From Thermodesulfobacteriota bacterium (GTDB lineage Bacteria > Desulfobacterota > Dissulfuribacteria > Dissulfuribacterales > UBA3076): DNA of 31,784 bases. The stretch lies in assembly GCA_034658555.1 (NCBI GenBank), contig JAYEFH010000195.1, positions 3,345 to 35,128 of the forward strand. The letters are read 5' to 3'. A model generated the notes under the pieces. It did no database searches and was not told the DNA's origin. It saw only the letters and a program-made list of their open reading frames with translations. Both the position numbers and the translations under genes were made by a program. This document shows, one piece after another, positions 26,535-31,784 of the stretch. Each line of letters opens with the position of its first letter. Position 1 is the first letter of the stretch.

Positions 26535-27212
26535 CTAATATGGCCAGAAAGGACTCAAGAAAAAACGTGCCAGCCATCCGATAGCGTTGACATCAGCCGT
26601 AGCCCCTTTTCCACTGTATGAAATATCAGCATTGGCAACCTTTGTTGAAAGGACGCTATTGTCCGGCTGGATATCTTCCGGACGGACTATTCCTGAAATT
26701 CGCACAAAATCGCCTCCTTGATTAATAGTGATGTTTTTCTCGCCTTCAACAACTAGGTTCCTGTTTGGCAATATATCCACAACGATCACTGTAACACTGC
26801 CTGTGAGACTGTTGCTTTGACTGTTATCGCCCTTGCCGGAAAATTTGTGGCTTGAACCCAGCACCGAATTCAGGGCATAGCCGAACAACTTTACTGTCCT
26901 ACTAAAGAAGGTTGGGCTACCTACGCTTATGTCTGTCTCTTTCCTGGCATTGGTACTTGCTTCCTTTTTTGCATCAGTCTTTTCGGTCAGGATAATGGTA
27001 AGGATATCTCCAACCTTCCTGGCTCTCGAATCCTCAAAAAGGGAAATTGCGTAACTTGGTCTATATATCGAACCATCCGGGATAGGGACCGGTTGCGTGG
27101 GAACGGACTTTGCCGTGGTAACCGGGGCGTCTCCCTGGTGAATGGAGGCACAGCCTGCAAGCAGTAAAATTATCAGAAGAAAGCCGAATATCTTATCAGC
27201 TTTTTCTTTCAT
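26535..27212 (-). CDS. flgH: L-ring lipoprotein FlgH
   Basis: Lipobox LLAG-C, LFEDSRARKVGDILTI, GEKNITINQG, SGIVRPEDI, GWLARFF. Confidence 0.95.
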   Translation of the reverse strand: MKEKADKIFGFLLIILLLAGCASIHQGDAPVTTAKSVPTQPVPIPDGSIYRPSYAISLFEDSRARKVGDILTIILTEKTDAKKEASTNARKETDISVGSPTFFSRTVKLFGYALNSVLGSSHKFSGKGDNSQSNSLTGSVTVIVVDILPNRNLVVEGEKNITINQGGDFVRISGIVRPEDIQPDNSVLSTKVANADISYSGKGATADVNAIGWLARFFLSPFWPY

Positions 27213-27247
27213 ACAGGAAAGTCCTTCGAGTTGCTAATCAATCCGCA

Positions 27248-28036
27248 TCAGAGGTTATTGGAGAGATATTGAAGCATATTATCCGCTGTTTTAAGACACT
27301 TGGAATTCATTTCATAGGCACGTTCCGCCTCGATCATGTTGACCAATTCCTCGGAGGCGTTGACGTTGGAAGTCTCCAGGTAACCCTGTATCAGTCTTCC
27401 AAATCCCTCAGAGCCGGGAGGGGCAGTCTGGGATGTTCCACTGGCGGCACTCTCAAGGAACAGATTTCCTCCAATAGGCTGAAGACCGCCCGGGTTGACA
27501 AAATCGGCAATTTCCACGGCGCCTATCTCCACGGGCGTCGCTTGCCCGGCTTCCAGGACGGAAATCGTTCCGTCCTCGCCGATGGTCACACTCTGAATAT
27601 TGGGAGGAATAATGATGGAGGGCTCCAGCGGGTAACCGTTGGGAGTAACAATTTCTCCTTCAGAATTTAACTGAAACGCTCCGGCCCTGGTATACCCAAT
27701 GGTGCCATCAGGCATAAGAATTTGGAAAAAGCCCCTGCCATTGATGGCCATATCCAGTGAAGCCTCCTCGGTCTTAACAAGCGCACCTTGAATATGCATG
27801 GTGACAGTGGCTACCGGTCGAACACCTGTACCACACATCAAACCTGAAGGAAGCTGGTAGTCCTGAGAGGACTGAGCTCCGACCTGACGTAGGTTTTGAT
27901 ACAACAGATCTTCAAAAACAGCCCTTGAATGTTTAAAGCCATCCGTGTTGACATTGGCCAGGTTGTTGGCGATCGTCGAAATGCGAAAATGCTGTGCGTC
28001 CAGTCCGGTTTTGGCTATCCACAATGCCGCATGCAT
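27248..28036 (-). CDS. flgG: Distal rod protein FlgG
   Basis: ALWIAKTGLDAQ, ANNLANVNT.GFK, FEDLLYQ, LPSGL..GTGVRP, LETSNVN..EELVNMI. Confidence 0.96.
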   Translation of the reverse strand: MHAALWIAKTGLDAQHFRISTIANNLANVNTDGFKHSRAVFEDLLYQNLRQVGAQSSQDYQLPSGLMCGTGVRPVATVTMHIQGALVKTEEASLDMAINGRGFFQILMPDGTIGYTRAGAFQLNSEGEIVTPNGYPLEPSIIIPPNIQSVTIGEDGTISVLEAGQATPVEIGAVEIADFVNPGGLQPIGGNLFLESAASGTSQTAPPGSEGFGRLIQGYLETSNVNASEELVNMIEAERAYEMNSKCLKTADNMLQYLSNNL

Positions 28037-28054
28037 AATAAGTTTTCTCCTCGG

Positions 28055-28792
28055 TTAAATCCTCAAGAGTTCAGCGGTCTTGGCGTCGTTTTCCTGTGCT
28101 GTGTGCATGATCTTGATTTGCATTTCAAATTTGCGGGACAAATCTATCATGTTTACCAGGGCGCTTACCGCATTTACGTTGCTTGACTCCAGCGTTCCCG
28201 AAACAAGCTTCACTGAGGCATCGGCAGGGAGTAGTTCCTGTCTATCCGACCTCATTAGGCCATCTTCACCTTTCACCAGTTCAGTCAGGGGCATCTTGAC
28301 CAGCTTGATTCTGTCAAGCACTACCATGGAAGACGCTTCCTGCCCAAGCGGAAACACGGAAATAGTCCCGTCCCGGCCAATCTCCATTTTCTCGGCAGGT
28401 GGCACGGAAATGGGGCCGTTATCTCCGAGCACAAGCAATCCGGTGTTTGTAATAAGCAATCCATTATTCGAAATCTGGAGATTGCCTGACCTGGTATAGG
28501 CTTCGGTGCCATCGGTTGACTGGACGGCAATCCATCCGTTACCATCAATGGCTACATCCAGTTCACCACCCGTATTGATAAGATCACCAGGGGCAAAACT
28601 GACCCCCGGATGTTCCGCCATGGCGTAAACCCGGCTGGGATAACCGGGACCGAAAACCTGTACACTTCGAAATTGCACCAGGTCTTCACAGAAACCTGTG
28701 GTGCCGACATTGGCCAGATTATTGGCGTTGATCGCCTGAGCCTCCATAATTTCCCTGGCACCGGTCATTGCCACGTAGAGCATTCTGTCCAT
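28055..28792 (-). CDS. flgF: Proximal rod protein FlgF
   Basis: MDRMLYVAMTGA, ANNLAN..TTGF, TGGELDVAIDGNGW, AYTRSGNL, LESSNVNAV. Confidence 0.95.
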   Translation of the reverse strand: MDRMLYVAMTGAREIMEAQAINANNLANVGTTGFCEDLVQFRSVQVFGPGYPSRVYAMAEHPGVSFAPGDLINTGGELDVAIDGNGWIAVQSTDGTEAYTRSGNLQISNNGLLITNTGLLVLGDNGPISVPPAEKMEIGRDGTISVFPLGQEASSMVVLDRIKLVKMPLTELVKGEDGLMRSDRQELLPADASVKLVSGTLESSNVNAVSALVNMIDLSRKFEMQIKIMHTAQENDAKTAELLRI

Positions 28793-28818
28793 TTTTTCCT
28801 CTTCTCACATAAAATTGG

Positions 28819-30030
28819 CTACCGTATGTTTAACAATGTCTGCATTAGGGTATCAGCAGTGGAAATCACCTGGGCATTTGCCTGGAAATTGCGCTGAGCC
28901 GTAATCAGACTTACAAGCTCCCCGGTCAGGTCCACATTGGATGCCTCTATGGATCCTCCTTGAATCATCCCCAATCCTGCGGTCCCGGGGTCCCCGGTGG
29001 TGGGAGCGCCTGATGCCGGTCCTCCCGCCCATGTATTGTTGCCAAGCTGGATAAGTCCCCGTGGATTCAGGAAATCAGTCAACACAACCTGGCCTATGGT
29101 TTTTGTTTCACCGTTCGTATATCGGCCAAAGATGATCCCGTTTTCATCCACAATCACTCCGGCCATGTGACCGGTTGAATATCCATCCTGGGCCAATTCG
29201 TTGACGCCGAATTCGCCGTCGTACTGCGTCATCTGTAAAAAGTTCAGAGTGAGTGAAAGGGACGGCTCTGAGATGTCAATTGTAGAATTCTCTGCAGGGC
29301 TCTCAAGGTGGCCATTTTCATCAAAGCTCAGGCTTATGGGACTGCCCGTGGCCGCTTCATCACTGTCATCGATTAATAGATGCGTTGTCCACTCACCCTC
29401 GTCGTCTTTTCTGAAATAAAAGGACATGGCGTGCGTCATCCCCAGGGAATCATAAATGGTTATGGTGGTAATATTGTTCCATGTAGCAAGATCATTCTTA
29501 TCAAAGGGTGCAGTATGGGATATTGCGCCGGCGTCCAGATTGGCACCTATTGATACATTGCTTGTAGCCTTGGGGTCTAAATAGGCCTGAGATGTGCGCA
29601 TTGGCCCGAGTGCGTCCAGCACGTCGCCATGAGTAGTGGACGTTCTGCCGATGAGGCGCTCTCCCTGGCTGTTGACGATATAACCTGCCGAATCCAGCAT
29701 GAATGCGCCGGCCCTGCTGTACACTGTGCTGCCGCTGTGGTCCAGGAGCTGAAAAAAACCATTCCCGCTAATGGCCATGTCCAGGCTATTATTGGTGTAG
29801 ATGATGTTGCCCGGGGCAAATTGCTGGTCGACGGCGTTTATGCGTACACCACTACCGATCGCCCTGGAGGAAGAACCGAGTGATGAAGCAATGACATTGC
29901 CGAATTCAGTACGAGACCCCTTAAAGCCGGCAGTGTTGCTGTTTGCGATATTGTTACCGATGACGCTTATTTCCGCCGCAGATGCCTGTAGTCCGCTCTG
30001 ACCGATTCGCATAGGTGCTGCTGAACTCAT
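28819..30030 (-). CDS. flgE: Hook protein FlgE
   Basis: SGLQA....VIGNNIANSNTAGFK, LDMAISGNGFF, YSRAGAF, QDGY..G, IEASNVDLTGELV.LI.AQRNFQANAQVI. ATGA overlap with flgD. Confidence 0.95.
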   Translation of the reverse strand: MSSAAPMRIGQSGLQASAAEISVIGNNIANSNTAGFKGSRTEFGNVIASSLGSSSRAIGSGVRINAVDQQFAPGNIIYTNNSLDMAISGNGFFQLLDHSGSTVYSRAGAFMLDSAGYIVNSQGERLIGRTSTTHGDVLDALGPMRTSQAYLDPKATSNVSIGANLDAGAISHTAPFDKNDLATWNNITTITIYDSLGMTHAMSFYFRKDDEGEWTTHLLIDDSDEAATGSPISLSFDENGHLESPAENSTIDISEPSLSLTLNFLQMTQYDGEFGVNELAQDGYSTGHMAGVIVDENGIIFGRYTNGETKTIGQVVLTDFLNPRGLIQLGNNTWAGGPASGAPTTGDPGTAGLGMIQGGSIEASNVDLTGELVSLITAQRNFQANAQVISTADTLMQTLLNIR

Positions 30031-30725
30031 GATTCTGACTCCTTGGATCCAATTTCTCTGACTTGCAAGATATCCATCGGTCCCAGACCCGCCAAATTAA
30101 GCAGAATGCCCATGGTGGCATGATCCAATATTATGCTTTCCACCTTGGCTGAGATCAAAGTTTCCACAGGCTGGTTTTTGCCGTCAATTTCCATCTCGGC
30201 GATTATTTTGTAGGTCCCGGGAGTAACAGGGTTGCCTTGGTCATCCAACCCGTCCCACTCGAAACGGACCATGCCGCCTTCACTGGGGTCCAATTTTAAG
30301 CTTCTGATCATCTGACCGGACTGCTCAAGAATTTTCACTGTTACTGAAGTGGTCCCGGCCTGCGGTTCCACCGCGCCGCTTACGCTTTCCGCTTCTCCAA
30401 TCTCAATGGAATCAGCAGGAACAAGGACGGTATTTCCTGCCAGGTTGGCAGCCTGTAACGTTTGATTTGATGCTAAAACAGAGGCCAGCATATTGAAAGA
30501 TTCCTGCAGATCGTTGATTCCTCTGACAGTGCTGAATTGAGCAAGTTGCCCGAGAAATTCTCCGTTTTCTTTGGGTGATAGAGGATCCTGGTACTTGAGC
30601 TGAGTTACCATCAGCTTCAGAAACTGTTCCTGTCCCAGGTTGCCGTATCCTGCCTCAGAGCCGGATGGAATTCCCATGCCGGCTCCGGAGAATACTGAAT
30701 CACTGATATTGTTGACACCGTTCAT
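30027..30725 (-). CDS. flgD: Hook capping protein FlgD
   Basis: LGQEQFLKLMVTQLKYQDPLSP.ENGEFLGQLAQFS, F.WDGLD..G, PGTY. Confidence 0.95.
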   Translation of the reverse strand: MNGVNNISDSVFSGAGMGIPSGSEAGYGNLGQEQFLKLMVTQLKYQDPLSPKENGEFLGQLAQFSTVRGINDLQESFNMLASVLASNQTLQAANLAGNTVLVPADSIEIGEAESVSGAVEPQAGTTSVTVKILEQSGQMIRSLKLDPSEGGMVRFEWDGLDDQGNPVTPGTYKIIAEMEIDGKNQPVETLISAKVESIILDHATMGILLNLAGLGPMDILQVREIGSKESES

Positions 30726-30751
30726 TTCTGTCCTCCTTCAATAAGACCGGT

Positions 30752-31165
30752 TTACTGCCCAAGGGTCAGGGTCTTGAGAAGCATCTGCTTGCAAGTATTC
30801 ATCACCTCGACGTTTGTCTGGTAAGTGCGGGACGCCGAAATCAAATTAGCCATTTCCTCCACTACATTCACGTTTGGTCTGAAAATGTATCCAGCTTCAT
30901 TGGCCATTGGGTGGTCGGGAGCATATTCCATACGAAGAGGCGCGTTACTCTCTACAATTCCCATCACCTCCACTCCAACAGAAGAATCATCATCGCTCAA
31001 TGAATCCATTACTGCTGAAAATACCGGATGTTTTGCACGGTAGGTCCCTTCTGTATTACTGCTTATGCTTCCTTCATTAGCCAGATTGCTTGCAATAACA
31101 TTCAGTCGCACGGATTGTGCGCTCATTGCTGAACCGGCGATTTCAAAGACCTTAGAGAATGACAT
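30752..31165 (-). CDS. flgC: Proximal rod protein FlgC
   Basis: GSAMSAQSVRLNVIASNLAN, YAPDHPMAN..GY, PNVNVVEEMANLISASRTYQTNVE. Confidence 0.96.
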   Translation of the reverse strand: MSFSKVFEIAGSAMSAQSVRLNVIASNLANEGSISSNTEGTYRAKHPVFSAVMDSLSDDDSSVGVEVMGIVESNAPLRMEYAPDHPMANEAGYIFRPNVNVVEEMANLISASRTYQTNVEVMNTCKQMLLKTLTLGQ

Positions 31166-31168
31166 GGA

Positions 31169-31570
31169 CTACTCTCCTTTGATAGCGGTAAGTAATGTCC
31201 CTATACGGCTCTTTAAAAAGGCCAGGCCGGCCTGATATTGGAGCGCATTGTGGGCAAAGGCGGCTTTTTCCACCTGAGAGTCTACTGTGTTTTCGTCAAG
31301 TGATGGTTGAACCGGGTTCCGGTAGAGCAGATCGGGTAAATTCCCTTGGCTTTCCGGGCGAATATGGCCTTTATGAATAACGGCCATATGGAAAAGGTCG
31401 CCGGCCTCCTTTGCCCTGGAGAACGCTTCCTTGAAATCAATGTCACGCGCTTTATAATTCGGGGTATCGGCATTAGCGAGGTTTGACGCAATAATCTGAG
31501 TTCGAAGCGCTCTTAGCCTTAAGGCAATGGGATGAGTCCCAAACGCACTGTCTATTATCTTGTCTGGCAT
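31169..31570 (-). CDS. flgB: Proximal rod protein FlgB
   Basis: IASNLANADTPNYKARDIDF, LYRNPVQPSLDENTVD, N.LQYQA.L.FL. Confidence 0.96.
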   Translation of the reverse strand: MPDKIIDSAFGTHPIALRLRALRTQIIASNLANADTPNYKARDIDFKEAFSRAKEAGDLFHMAVIHKGHIRPESQGNLPDLLYRNPVQPSLDENTVDSQVEKAAFAHNALQYQAGLAFLKSRIGTLLTAIKGE

Positions 31571-31626
31571 AATGTCTCACCTCGGTTTTGAGTTTCGATA
31601 AAATAGGCAATTTGATGATATCTAAA

Positions 31627-31642
31627 AGCAATGTTTGTGCCA
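31627..31642 (-). promoter_or_regulatory. Sigma54 promoter for flgBCDEFGH
   Basis: TGGCAC-AAACA-TTGCT, an exact consensus match, 57 nt upstream of the flgB ATG. Confidence 0.85.
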
Positions 31643-31692
31643 GACAGTGAATCAGCAATTTCAGGAACGGGAGATAAATAAGTTGAACAAAA

Positions 31693-31784
31693 ATTAACAG
31701 GATTTTTTGTTGTATTCAAGGCGCGAGGAACGAGCATAACTGGATAGTATAGGAATTCCCATTTTTGGACAGGATTAACAGGAT
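31693..31784 (+). repeat. ACAGGATTA-type 9-mer repeat units (array probably continues beyond the window)
   Basis: ATTAACAGGATT at 31693-31704 and ACAGGATTA-ACAGGAT at 31769-31784. Confidence 0.45.

Overview
This window is one contiguous flagellar and chemotaxis gene cluster of about 38 genes. On the + strand are fliD, a fliT-like gene and flaG. They are followed by a 10.7 kb minus-strand chemotaxis operon (cheW-mcp-cheR-cheD-HDOD-cheY-like RR-cheX-like-cheD-cheB-cheA-cheY-cheX), then fliS (+), a minus-strand fleQ-like/fleS/fleR/fliEFGHIJ block, a fliK-like plus flhB-C-terminal-like pair (+), and flgBCDEFGH (-). The basal-body, hook and regulator genes read as gammaproteobacterial (Pseudomonas-like) in both sequence and order. 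The chemotaxis block and the dense intergenic repeats look like Desulfobacterota/deltaproteobacterial DNA, which suggests a chimeric system (inference, no database search was possible). Four sigma54-type and two or three sigma28-type promoter motifs are visible. The most notable items are: a 7-bp tandem array in front of cheR that could retune its translation; a FleQ-like activator with no N-terminal domain, itself behind a sigma54 motif; a CheA with an MshEN-like tandem motif where P2 normally sits; a chemoreceptor with two CZB zinc-binding domains between its membrane helices; a FliG lacking the conserved torque arginine; and a family of MITE/REP-like elements whose ends supply stop codons and bracket gene modules. 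No flagellin, flgI-L, fliL-R, flhA, full-length flhB, fliA or motAB genes are in the window.
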